DNA of 64,000 nt, taken from assembly GCF_026210795.1 (NCBI RefSeq), contig NC_089434.1, positions 434,001-498,000 on the forward strand, in the 5' to 3' direction. A model generated the notes under the pieces. The model was not told where the DNA came from, did no database searches, and saw only the letters and a list, made by a program, of their open reading frames with translations. Made by a program: the position numbers and the translations under genes. Every line of letters starts with the position of its first letter. Positions within the stretch are counted from its first letter, which is position 1. This DNA comes from Rhizophagus irregularis. Its lineage: Eukaryota. Shown piece after piece: positions 13,984 to 26,714 of this stretch.

Positions 13984-16299
13984 TTGATCAACAATTTGCA
14001 TTTCACTAATTTATCTCGGAGTACTCTTCGAAAGGGGTTAATTTGTGCAACAATTAATAGAACAATAACATTAACAGATACCAATATTTACAATGATATA
14101 CACAAACGATTTGAATTTCAAAAACAAACAACCCTTGATGATAAAATTCTTACAAATGATGAAAAAACTTATGCAATAAGATGGTTAACTAAAATTTATG
14201 ATCGAAATAAAATTATTCTTAATTCAGGAACAAAAGGAATTTGTGAAAATTGTGACCAAGAATGTTTAGCCACATTATATTGTGAGTATTGTGTCCGAAA
14301 TTATTTAAAAGAAAATTTTTTAAATTGGACATCTAAAAATGATGATATTGATGATATAATACAGAAATGTCAAATGGAATCACTTATGCCAAATATGGTA
14401 GTTGAATGGATCCCATATAGTAATTTAGAAAATATTAAATATTTAACAAAAGGTGGATTCTCAAAAATTTATACAGCAGATTGGATTAATGGAAGATATG
14501 ATGAATGGGATTTTGGCAAAAAACAATTAGAAAGAGATGAAACTTCTAAAATAATACTTAAAAGATTAGAAAATGTCGAAAGTGCAAATAAAAGTTGGTT
14601 TGAAGAGGTTTGTATAATTATATTCTAAATTTATTGTATAAAATTATGCAGTCTTTATATTAATATGAACTAATATTTTTACAAATTATTGCCTTTTAGG
14701 CTAAATCACATTTAACTATAAGTAACAAATGGGCAGATGTTGTTCGATGTTATGGTTTAACACAAGATCCATCAAATGGAAATTATATGCTTGTAATGGC
14801 AAGAATGGATATAGATTTAAGAAAATATTTACAACAAAATCATAATAAACTTACATGGAAAAAGAGAATTAATATTACTTATGAAATAATTACTGCACTT
14901 AGTTATATTCATGATGAGGAAGCAATTCATAGAGATTTACATTCTGGAAATATATTATATTCACAATTAGATGATTATTGGTGTATCAGTGATCTTGGAT
15001 TTTGTGGACCTGCTGATAAATCTTCAACAAGTATATATGGGAATCTTCCTTACATAGCACCCGAAGTTATTGTTGGAAGAGAATATACTTTTGCATCTGA
15101 TATTTATAGTATTGCAATTCTTATGTGGGAAATTTCATCTGGACAACCACCATTTATAAATTATGAACATGAAAATGATATTTTAATGAATATTATTAAC
15201 GGTATAAGACCAAAAATTGTGCCAGGAACTCCATTGGAATATAAAAATTTAATGAAAGAATGTTGGGATGCTGATCCATTAAAAAGACCTGATGCTGATA
15301 CACTTGCGGTAAGAATAAGAAGAATTAATTTAGATTATCAAAATATGTCAGATGAATTATTCAAACCAGAAATAAATAATTCAGAAATGAATATAGTAGA
15401 AGAAAATTATACGAGTAGCAGATTATTTACAAGTAAAATTCACAACTTTGGAAATCTACCTGAACCAAGAAATGCAATAGAAGGTATAAGTGTATAATAT
15501 TTTATTAATGAATGTATTTATTTTAAAATACATTATTAATATTATCTTTTTTTGAATTTATATTATAATAGAAGAACAAGAAGGTATTAACCGTATAAAT
15601 AATAATTTCTACCATTTTTTTGGTTACTATAATGATTTTAGTTCTTAAAATACTTTATTTTACTACTAATAGGGTTTCATAGTAAATTGTATGATTTTAA
15701 CATTCCTAACAATAGTAAGTAACATTATTACGGCGTTGAATTATTACATAGTGATATTTAATAATTGATATTTATTTTAGTTGATGATTTTAATAAATCA
15801 AATAAGCGAAATAGCAAATCATCAAAAGTAATTACTATGATTAGAGGTAATGTATTTTAATTATTGTCAAATCGAGATTAATTTTTATATTAATTCTATA
15901 TCTTAATTTTAGGTGATAGTGAAAAATTACCCGAAGAATTTATAAAGTTACAAATAAATTCAAATGGTAAGTTAAATTACTAACAAATAAAATCATCATT
16001 TTATCAAATTTATTTATTAAATGCGACTTTTATTTAAAATTTAGATGATGAAAAGGAAATAACTCAACGTGTCGACGGTAGGTGAAAATTTTACGTAATA
16101 ACAAACAATTTTTATACTATTTTAATTATGTTTATTTTCTTATAGATGATGACGAAGTATATAATAATCCAAATCTTCATTCTAAAGAACAAGATGAACT
16201 GGAAATTCCTGATGGTAAGTTCTTAAATAAATTAAATTTCTTCTTAAAGCAAATAATTAATTTATAATTTGTTATTTTTTATCTTTAGATGGATTTTGA
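13984..16299 (+). CDS. TKL-family kinase paralog lacking the conserved start ATG (possible young pseudogene)
   Basis: Same exon layout and motifs as 797-2894 (HRDLHSGN, DLG, YIAPE). CGG occupies the position of the ATG seen in paralogs, and the ORF track opens only on TTG at 13984. Last exon reads GAT GGA TTT TGA. Confidence 0.75.
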
Positions 16300-16362
16300 A
16301 TCATTTAACAATGTTTTTTTATATTTTATTTATTTATTTATTTATTTATTTATCATGGATTA

Positions 16363-16421
16363 TTTAAACACTAAGACTATAGTAGTAAATGTTTTACAAA
16401 ATTCTTAGTTTGTAATTTAAA
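16363..16421 (+). promoter_or_regulatory. Conserved kinase 3'-flank stem-loop motif (copy 2)
   Basis: TTTAAACACTAAGACTATAGTAGTAA...TTCTTAGTTTGTAATTTAAA. Confidence 0.6.
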
Positions 16422-18176
16422 TAATTTTAATAAATTTATTCAAATTATTAAATTTATAAATTACCGTATATTTATTTAGACGAAAATTATGTATCTTAAC
16501 GTCATAAATATTGTAAAATCACGACAGATTATTCCATTCGTTATAGATGAATTTATTTAAACAAGTTGAAAGAATAATCTTGTCTTTAACAACCTCCAAC
16601 AAGATATTGTGCACACGTTCTATGTTAAAAAATTTGTTTTTATTTATAATAAATAGTTTAGATTGTCAAATTTTTTACAATAACCTCTTGTTAATATTGA
16701 TTTGCCGGCCTTTACGTTAAAATTATTAAGAAACTTATAAGATATTTTGGTACATAACAAGTAACGAAACATTCTTTTTACAATAATCCTAATATTTGAT
16801 CGGAATTACTGATACAATGATAAAGAATTTTCAAAACACCAAGATTAAAATAATAAAATTTCTTAGCTTATTAATTTGTTATCTGATAAACTAAATATAT
16901 AGCATAGCTTTCAACTTTTTCTTTTTTTTTTGTAATAAACTTTTAATGAATTAGTATGCTATTTAATTCAAATTTTATAATGTTGTTTTGATTCTTCTAT
17001 TATATTAAGAAAAAAAATTAATATTTCAATGATAAAATCACTTTATTAGATAAAGTTTAGATTCAAATATTCAATAAAATTTTTTTTTTTTTCAAAAAAA
17101 AGTAATAAATATTAATAAAAATTAAACAATACTTTTAAATTATCGAACGTTCTCCAATCTTATTACAAATTATTAAAATTTATTCGCGATATTAGACTTA
17201 ACTATAGACTTATAGTAAAGTTAATAAAATTAATAATATTAATACACATTTACACATGGTAATAAAATTGGCTCAATTTCCATTAATTTTTATAATAAAG
17301 TTAGTTAGTTTATTATTAACTAATATTATACTACTTTTATATGTATAACAAATGGTCTTTTTTTTTATTGCATTATTTTAGTTAGAATTTATAGATCTAT
17401 TTTATAAGTCTATTGGCGCAGGACTTCTTGCCACCTAGGCTTATCGATCTACCGGCAAATTATCTATTGGAATTTACAATTGACCCTCAAGATTGAGAAA
17501 GTAGAAAGAGAATTCTCTTTGAAGTATTTTTTAGGCTTACAAGTTTTTCTTTCAAGAAAAGTTGGTTTTATAGTGCTTGATAATATTTGGATTTATTACA
17601 GCGCAATAGTAAAAACTGTTTTTTGAGATTATCAACTAGAATATGCGATTTGCTGGGGGACTTCGTCCCCCAAATATAACATTTATAATTAAAAAAATTC
17701 TTTGATATAAATAAATTGAATTGTTACTGAATAATAAAATTTTATTATAATTAGACCCTATAAAAAATCATGTTTTAATAAGATTTATACAATTTTTTCT
17801 TAAAAATAATGTATCTAAACTATATATAAGGATATAGGAAAATGCACAATTCCATATCACAAAAATGCACCATGTGTATGATTGACCATAATTTATACTG
17901 AATTTATATTGATTTGATCAAAGAAATTACATAATTTGAGCATAGAATTTACAAGAATTGGTCAATGAATTTACTGCTTAAATTATAATTATTAATATTA
18001 GTTGCATTTATATGAATTTAATTTTAAATAATAATATTTTATTAAATTATTAAATCAAATAGTATCATGTGATTATAATTAGCCAATAATATAAATTAAT
18101 TTTTATAATTTAAAATAATGACATAAGCTGTAATAAGTGTTCTAAAGTTAATACAGCTACAAAAAAATGAAATCTT

Positions 18177-19306
18177 ATGAAAACTAATATTCAAGTAGTT
18201 TCAACTTGCCTGAACAACTTTCAATTAATAAATAAAGTTGATTTCATTTGCCCAAAGTGGAAATATTACGCTCTAAATTAAAAAAACAGAAAAGAGAGTT
18301 AATATCATCAAGAAAAATGCAATTTTCTCTAAGCACTACACCTACATTCATGAAAATTAATATTCAAATGGTTTCAACCTGCCTGAACAACTTTCAATTA
18401 ATAAATAAAGTTGATTTCTTTTGCCCAAAGTGGAAATATTACGCTCTAAGTTAAAAAATAGAAAAGAGAGTTAATATCATCAAGAAAAATGCAATTTTCT
18501 CTAAGCACTACATCTACATTCATGAAAATTAACATTGAAATGGTTTCAATCTACCTGAACAACTTTCAATTAATAAATAAAGTTGATTTCATTTGCCCAA
18601 AGTGGAAATATTACGCTATAAATTAAAAAACAGAAAAGAGAGTTAATATCATCAAGAAAAATGCAATTTTCTCTGAGCACTACACCTACATTCATGAAAA
18701 TTAATATTCAAGTGGTTTCAACCTGCCTGAACAACTTTCAATTAATAAATAAAGTTGATTTCATTTGTCTAAAGTGGAAATATTACGCTCTAAATTAAAA
18801 AACAGAAAAGAGAGTTAATATCATCAAGAAAAATGCAATTTTCTCTAAGCACCACACCTACATTCATGAAAATTAATATTCAAGTTATTCAAGTTGTTTT
18901 AACCTGCCTGAACAACTTTCAATTAATAAATAAAGTTGATTTCATTTGTCTAGAGTGGAAATATTACGCTCTAAATTAAAACACAAAAAAGAGAGTTAAT
19001 ATCATCAAGAAAAATGCAATTTTCTCTAAGCACTACACCTACATTCATGAAAATTAATGTTCAAATGGTTTCAACCTGCCTGAACAACTTTCAATTAATA
19101 AATAAAGTTGATTTCATTTGCCCAAAGTGGAAATATTACGCTCTAAATTAAAACACAAGAAAGAGAGTTAATATCATCAAGAAAAATGCAATTTTCTCTG
19201 AGCACTATACCTATATTCATGAAAATTAATATTCAAGTGGTTTCAACATGCCTGAACAACTTTTAATTAATAAATGAAGTTGATTTCATTTGGCCAAAGT
19301 GGAGAT
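18177..19306. repeat. 172-bp tandem repeat, about 6.5 copies
   Basis: Unit starts at 18177, 18350, 18522, 18694, 18866, 19047 and 19219. Copies are highly similar, and one carries a 9-bp internal duplication. Confidence 0.95.
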
Positions 19307-20054
19307 TATAGTATATTTGGAAAAAGAAGTTTAATTTAAAAAAATTTTATATAAAAAATAAATGTAATATAAAAATTAAGAACTGAGATGATAAAAATTT
19401 GAAAATGACCTGACATAAATTTTTAATTAATTTTTTCATTAATTATAAATTCAAGTAGTTTAAAAATAAAAATAGTAAGAAAAAATATTTTTTATGAAAT
19501 ATCACATTATTTTCTAAAAGAAATACACTTAAATACACTTATAAATTTAATTAGTGATTATGTAATATCCAAATATTTAATCTTACAAATAGAAAAAAAT
19601 GTAAAAAAATTTATAAAAAAAGAAAAATTTTTGAAAAAAATTTTCGTCTAACACTTTTTTATTTTGATTATCACAAGATCTACATGATCATCTACACGTT
19701 TCAATTTTTTTAACGAAAAAGAAATATATTTGAATCTATTTTTATTGAAAATCAATAAAGATCAACAAAATCAAATACAAATATAAAACTTATTGTTTGA
19801 TGCCTCAAGTTAATATGTAGCGAAAGTGGCACAAAAATGAATATTTTGTAATTTTATTCTAATGATATCAAAGAAGCAATATTGCAATAACAACGTCTAT
19901 AGCTATATAGCTATTGCAATTGCAATTGCAATTAGCAATATATATAGCTATATAAAAAGTTATCCGGACGATCATTCAGACCAAAATTCATAGGAAGAAA
20001 AATTTAAAAAAAATACTTCGTTTTCTAATAAAAATACTTTTAAAAGTCAAGGAA

Positions 20055-20540
20055 ATGGAGTCTTACCTACAACAGGACGAGTTCGACTTAAAAATACTAC
20101 GAGAAGTCAGCACTTTGGTGAATAAAAACTTCAAAAACGCAGAGTCAAGGTCATCAGAAAATTTGCAAGACGAGCTTGATAAAATTTTTTTCAGAACGCT
20201 GCGTACACATAAAGTAATAGCAGACATAAGTGAAACTACAGGAATAAAAGGAGAGATAGTGGAAATACTATTAAGAGGTTGCTTGAGATATGCTTACAGA
20301 GAATATGATAATGACGTTAAACAGATAGGAAAACAAAATACTAGGCTTCGTTCATGGCTGCGCCAGGCGCAGCAAAAAAATCAGCCACATGAAGAAGTTC
20401 TAAAAAAAGTAATCGATAGCAATTTTAAAGAACCAACCAAAAGTCAGAACGAACAAAGAAAAAAGGGGAAAAAAAGAGAACGTGTAAAAGAAGCAATTAA
20501 GGAACATCAGCAAGTTTTAAACAGGCGTATAAAGTGTTGA
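20055..20540 (+). CDS. Hypothetical 161-aa helical/basic protein at the 5' end of the retroposon
   Basis: Intronless ATG-initiated ORF about 100 nt inside the element, with protein-like composition. No family recognised. Confidence 0.5.
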   Translation: MESYLQQDEFDLKILREVSTLVNKNFKNAESRSSENLQDELDKIFFRTLRTHKVIADISETTGIKGEIVEILLRGCLRYAYREYDNDVKQIGKQNTRLRSWLRQAQQKNQPHEEVLKKVIDSNFKEPTKSQNEQRKKGKKRERVKEAIKEHQQVLNRRIKC

Positions 20541-21357
20541 AAAACACCATGTGTTGCTCAACGCCAAAAAACGTAGGGAAACGAACCCTTTGTCAATCAA
20601 CACCACTTAAAAATGTTTAAAAACGTGTAAAACAACACCCATTTAAGTGTAAAGCTACACATAGTAAAACAACGATAGTTTAAAAACACGTATACAATGT
20701 ATAAAAACGCGTATATTGATATTAAAAACACGTATAGCAACGGTAGCAATGGTATTTTTTAGTCATCGTACGATAGTTAACTTTAATTGTAGTATTAGTA
20801 ATTTATTAACATATATATTATTGTATATTATTAACGTGTATATTTTAAAATTTTTAAATTGTAAAACATTGTAAATTTATTTATAGAATACAGTACAATA
20901 CAAATACAATATCTAATCATGTAAAATTGTAAAAATTCATCCTCTTGTTATAATTGGATTGCCGCGGATTTTTAAGCGATCAACGTACTAAAATTCCGTT
21001 GACATAGCGCCCCTGGTGACACAACCATAACAAGGTGGAAATATGAACTTTCCCTCAATAATTATATTAATATTATGCTCCTTCATGATAAAAATCAAAA
21101 CCAAATCTCGTCGTATGTGTCTTAACAACATCAAGTGGTTTAATATTCACATTGAGGATTGAGGAATTATCTTCCATTATTCATTCGCTCAAGGGTCGAA
21201 ATAACCATCAAGCTGACCTACAAAAGAAAAATCCAGAGCGCCGAAAAGAAAATCTAGGCCTACAAAAAAAAGAGAAACGTTCAGTTAGAACGTTTCTTAA
21301 AGAATAAAATTAAAAAAAATAATTAAAAAAATGTAAGTTTCGAATATCGAAACTTAC

Positions 21358-22303
21358 CATATCGGCATATCCAAGTCCCAAAGCCGAAAGAATCGATACC
21401 TACAAAAAGAAAAGAGAAAATTAAAAAAAAATAAAAAAAATAAAAATAAAAAACGTGTTTTATTCAAAACTTACTGATTCTTTGGGTTTTCCGTTCTTCG
21501 GAAGCCCACCCGAACCTATAAAAAAAAATACAAGAACGGTTAGTTAACCGTTCTTAATAATAAAAAAATAAAAAAAGTTAAGATTCGTACCATACCTTAC
21601 GAATCTTTGGGTTTTCCGTTCTTGGGAAGTCCACCCGAACCTATAAAAGAAAAAAGAAAGAACGGTTAGTAAACCGTTCATAATAATAAACAAAGAAAGA
21701 AAAAAAATAAAGATTCTTACGAATCTTTGGGTTTTTCCGTTCTTGGGAAGCCCACCCGAACCTATAAAAGAAAAGAAAGGAACGGTTAGTAAACCGTTCC
21801 AAAATATTAAAAAAAAAACAAAAACCAAAATTCGTACTCGTACTTACGAATCTTGGTTCTCCCGTTTGTCCGAAGTCCACCCGAACCTATAAAAGAAAGG
21901 AACGGTTATTAGTAACCGTTCATAATATTAAAAAAAAAATAAAAAAAACAAAACCAAGATTCGTATACTTACGAATCTTGGTTCTTTTCCGTTCTTCGGA
22001 ACCGAAAGTTCGCCCGAAACCTAAAAAATAGAAGTGAACGGTTATTGTAATCGGTTCATAATATTTTTTTTTAAAAAAAACAAAAAAAACAAAACCAAGA
22101 TTCGTATATACTTACGAATCTTGGTTCTTTTCCGTTCTTCGGAACCAGGAAGCCGCCCGAAACCTAAAAAAAGAAAAGAACGGTTATTAGTAACCGTTCA
22201 TTAATAATATTAAAAAAAAAGAAAAAAAATTAAACCAAGATTCGTACTTATCTTACGAATCTTGGTTTTCCGTTCTTCGGAACTTGGAAGCCCACCCGCT
22301 GAC
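21358..22303 (-). repeat. Tandem array of 8 antisense mini-exons (39-48 nt) with hairpin-embedded splice signals
   Basis: Exons at 22257-22303, 22116-22163, 21973-22020, 21848-21886, 21721-21761, 21601-21640, 21475-21515 and 21358-21399, each flanked by TAG| and |GTAAG on the - strand. Confidence 0.7.
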
Positions 22304-22334
22304 CTAAAAGAAGAAAGGAAAAAAAAATGAAAAA

Positions 22335-23345
22335 AAATTACGAAACGTTAATAAGCGTTTCGTTAAAAAATGTAATAAAAAAAATCGGAACGTTAGCCAA
22401 CGTTCCGATTAAAGAAAAAAATCAAAAAAAAAAGTTTCGAAACGTTAAAAAATGTTTCGTTAAAAATGAAATACAAAAAAAATCAGAACGTTAGCCAACG
22501 TTCCGATTAAGAAAAATAAAAAAAAAATGTATTTTCGAAACGTTAAAAAACGTTTCGTTAAAAAAAATGAAAAATAAAAAAATCGGAACGTTAGACACGT
22601 TCCGATTAAAGAAGTTAAAAAAAAAGAATAAATGAAAGCGCTTTTTCAACGTTTAGGCAAAAATTAAAAATAAAATAAAATGTCGGAACGCCAACGTTCC
22701 GATTAAAAAAATTAAAAAAATTGTTTCGAACGTTAAAAAGCGTTCCGATTAAAAAAAAAGAAAAAAATATTTTCGAAACGTTAAAAAGCGTTTCGATTAA
22801 AATGAAAAATCGGAACGTTAACCAAGCGTTCCGATTAAAAAAAAAATAAAACAAATATTTCGAAAGCGTTAAAAAGCGTTTCGAAAATAATTTTAATGAA
22901 AAATCGAACGTTAGCCAACGTTCCGATTAAAAAAATGAAAAAACAAATATTTCGGAAGCGTTAGACAACGCTTCCGATTAAAAAAAAAATAAAACAAATA
23001 TTTGAAAGCGTTAAAAAGCGTTTCAAAATATTTTTAATAAGAAAAATCGGAACGCTAGCGTTCGTTATTAAAGAATTTTTTAAAAACAATATTTCGGAAC
23101 GTTTTCAACGTTCCGATTAAAAATGAAGTAAAAATTAATCGAACGCGGCCAACGTTCGATTAAAAAAGAATTTAAAAAAATAATATTTCGGAACGTTTTT
23201 CAACGTTCCGATTAAAAATGAAATAAAAAATAATCGGAACGCTTAGCCAACGCTTCCGATTAAAAGAATTTTTAAAAAATATTTCAAACGTTAAAAAACG
23301 TTTCGTTAAAAAATGAATAAATAGTTTCGCAACGTTTCGTTGTGA
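22335..23345. repeat. Array of about 20 short palindromes separated by A-tracts
   Basis: Alternating AATCGGAACGTT-n-AACGTTCCGATT and CGAAACGTT-n-A(A/G)CGTTTCG hairpins at roughly 45-55-nt spacing. Confidence 0.85.
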
Positions 23346-23787
23346 AACTCACCAAACTTTTTCCGTAAAAGGCTCATATCTCCGGAATTAATGACCTTAT
23401 ATTACAGAATTTATCCACTTATTACATTTTCTGTGAATGGATCTGTGAAGGCTCATTTTTACGGAGTTTTTATAGAAATAACGGATAAAACTTTTATAAA
23501 GGAAAGGGGAGAAAGGGAGAACGAAAGGGAAAAGAACGAAACGAAAGGGAAGGGGAGAACGAAGGGGTAATGGGAAAACGAAAGGGAAGGGGAGAATGAA
23601 GAAAAGCAAAAAAAAATTAAGCTTTGCTAAAAAAAGCTTAATTTCTTTTTTTGCTATACCGCAGTCCGCAGCGGTAATCCAGTATCACGTGATACATGTG
23701 ATATAGAGTACGGCCATTATAGTATTGACGAAATGATTTTTTTTTTAAATACTAATTTTAATAAATGTATATTATACTTAAATTAAA

Positions 23788-23850
23788 TAGTACAGTGGTT
23801 AGATCGTGAGATATGATATTGTAAGTTGAGGTAACCGGTTCGGTTCCTGA
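23788..23850 (+). other. Degenerate tRNA-like / Pol III A-box and B-box segment
   Basis: TAGTACAGTGGTTAG (A-box-like) and GGTTCGGTTCC (B-box-like) at tRNA spacing. No convincing acceptor or anticodon stem. Confidence 0.35.
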
Positions 23851-25363
23851 GGTGAGTAAAAATAAATAAATAAATATAATTTAATTAAAATATACACATG
23901 TAATCATATATATGCGTTAATATACAGTGCGTTGAACAACAATGCATAATGTGTTGCACTACAAATTAGAGTTGAACGACGCGTATATTAACATTATGCG
24001 CTGATATACTCCAATATATGGGTGTTGATTAATATTGTTAATCATGTTGAACAACTAGCTGGTGTTGATCAACGCGTATACTGGTGTGAATCAACGCTTT
24101 TCAAACTTGCTGATGAAGTTGCACTACCTGCACCGGACGATCAACAGCCTATCGTACAAAATTCAAGGGGCGTATGTGCAACATCACGTGACATAATGTT
24201 TTACGATATACCAAGCCGGTGAGATCCCCCAATTCCCTCTGTCATCAATTTACAGAGTTGCCACATCGAACGGGCATTCTCATGGTCGAACGAACGAACA
24301 AACGAACAAACGAACAATTAAACGAACAAGCGATTAATCAACAACATAATTAACAAACAATATAATTAACGAACAATGTACAACAACATTCTTGGTTCAC
24401 GACATAAATAGCGTTAGTAATATAAAACATTAAACGATATAAAATAAATTTTACTTCTCTAAATTTTCCCCAAATTATATCCACTTTTACCTTTAATTAC
24501 AAACTTCGATAGCTCTCACTACGAATTATTACTTTCCAAAAGTGTATATTTAATTCATCTTAAATTTCCATTTTATTCAATTAAAATTAATTAAGCGAAC
24601 ATTAATTAAAGTTTAGGGCGAACCTATTACCTTTAATTAATATTATACTTCATTAACAAATAATTAAATTTAACTTATATTTTTATTGAGTTCTGTGGAT
24701 GAGAACTGTGGAATTACTTTGAATTCCGCTCTCTATATATACAATTTTTATGCTACTCTCTATTCTGTCTATATACTATCTTTTATGTTCTTTTTACATA
24801 TTATCTTTGAACTATTTTTCTAATATACTATCTATATTTTAAATACGCTATCTTTTAATATGCTATCTTTTAATATGCTATCTTTTTATATATGTTCTTT
24901 TTAATATATTATCTTTCACGTTCCATCTTTATACTATCTTTTTATATTATCTTTTACATTATTTTGTGTTCTTTAATCTTTCTGACATTATTCTATATGT
25001 TCTTTTAATTCGCTTTATGTGTTTTGCTTATAATCTATCTTTTGTGGCTTATAATTATTCTTTCTTATCGTTCTTATTGTTAAAGATTGCTAAGCCGCAA
25101 TTGATCGACTCTATTTATCCTATTGGTTCCTTGTCAATCATTCAATAAATATTACATCATGTAGATCATTACTCTTCCTAAATGTTTATCAACATTATAG
25201 ATATCACTTAGTTTATATATCACCAAAAATTTGAGTTCGTAAAAATTATGGGATTCCTATTACTCTTCCTAAATGTTTATCCTTTTCGGCTAATTATTTA
25301 TCCATCTACGCCAATCCATAATTAATTTGTTCGTTCTTAATATTTAATAATTACATTTGGTGG

Positions 25364-26714
25364 TTGAATTTTATCATCTTTTCGTGCTTGATATTCGACC
25401 GTTTACACCGGTATAGTGAAAGTGAAGTTATTTCAGCCATCAAAAATATAGGAAATGTTCACAGAATAAGGATTAAAAAGCACTATAAATACCAATCGGT
25501 AAGAGCTGAAATTAGTTTATTTGATGAATACGAAAGTGAGTTTGTTAGAGAAACGTGGAAGGTACAACTTTTATTTGGAAATAGTGAAAAGAAACAAACA
25601 ACGATGCAAGTTCGTTGGTTTCCAGGACAAAGTACAGTCAAATCTATAAAAGAAAAATGTAAGCGGAAGGCATACAAAATAATTCGTTCAAGTTATTATC
25701 AAGACGTAGCTAGAAAAATTACTCTTTTGAGTATGGCAAAATGGCGCGTTTTGGAAAAAACTTAGTATTCCTTGCATACTTTAAAGATAAAAATCAGTTG
25801 GACGCAGCTAAGGCATTGGACAAAGGAGCAGTCGATACTTGGATTATTCATGATAAGGGTTTGGGCAATCAACCGGTAGAGATCTCAAAAAGGGACTCAC
25901 GTAGTGATTTGGTCAGCACTACGCCAAGATATAATGGAAAAGCAACGCCTGCAACGAAAATACAACCTATAGCCAAATCAACAATTATAGATAACATTAG
26001 TACAGACGAGGTGGTTGATGTAGTAAATAAATATAGGAAGAATTTATTAGATGAATCTCCACAAAATGTCGCATCAACATCAATAAAAGACTACGCCTCG
26101 CCAGAGAAAGTTGTAGATATAGTTTTGGATTTGAGAGCAGAAATCAACAAAGAGTTGTCACATGATGAAAAAGAGGATGAAAAGTGGATTGACCGATGTA
26201 GAAATGGGTATGCCGCGTTAGTTACAGATCTGAAAGAAAAAAAAAAGAAGATGGACGAAGTAAGGTTGGAACGTGATACGCTAAATAAAGAATTGGAAGT
26301 AGTTAATAATAAAGTGAATGAAAATCAAAAAATGCTGGATAAGCTAGCAAAATCCAACGAAAATACTAAACAGGTATCACCATTAGAATTACATGAGTAT
26401 GAATCGATAAATGAAACATGTAGCAAGAGGCTAGAGATAAAAAAACCGATTCATTCTCAAGAAGTTATGGAGGCTCTACGTGCGGACCGTGAAAAGTACA
26501 GAAGCTCATAGAAAAAGCACAAGAAGAACGGAAACGCCTACGAAAGACACAAGGTGACCGTGTAAAAGAGGAAGAAGGAATAGAAAGTGATAGTGATGAA
26601 GAAGAAGAAGATCAAGTGGTGGTAAGTATAGAAGCGCATAACAAAAGAGGAGGAAAACCAGGTAGTCGCGGATGAGGTAGAGGAGGTAGACGTAGATTAG
26701 TTAAAAAGAAGTAG
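25364..26714 (+). pseudogene. LINE ORF1-like (RRM plus coiled coil plus acidic/RGG tail) gene, frameshifted
   Basis: IGNVHRIRIKKHYKYQSVRAEI...W..L...VRWFPG resembles fungal LINE ORF1 RRM segments. Coiled coil follows in 25741-26511. Frame changes near 25745 and 26500, then SDSDEEEE and RG-rich text. Confidence 0.5.

Noticed and set aside
18248..18454. 68-aa ORF and a centromere interpretation of the 172-bp repeat
   Set aside because: The ORF lies inside the tandem repeat. About 6.5 copies and a unit length alone do not indicate a centromere.
21544..22854. Phe-rich ORFs on the - strand
   Set aside because: Read-through of T-tracts and repeat units, with no consistent frame.
24215..24290. GC-rich structured patch considered as an HDV-like or hammerhead ribozyme
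   Set aside because: I could not build the required pseudoknot or find the CTGATGA/GAAA core.
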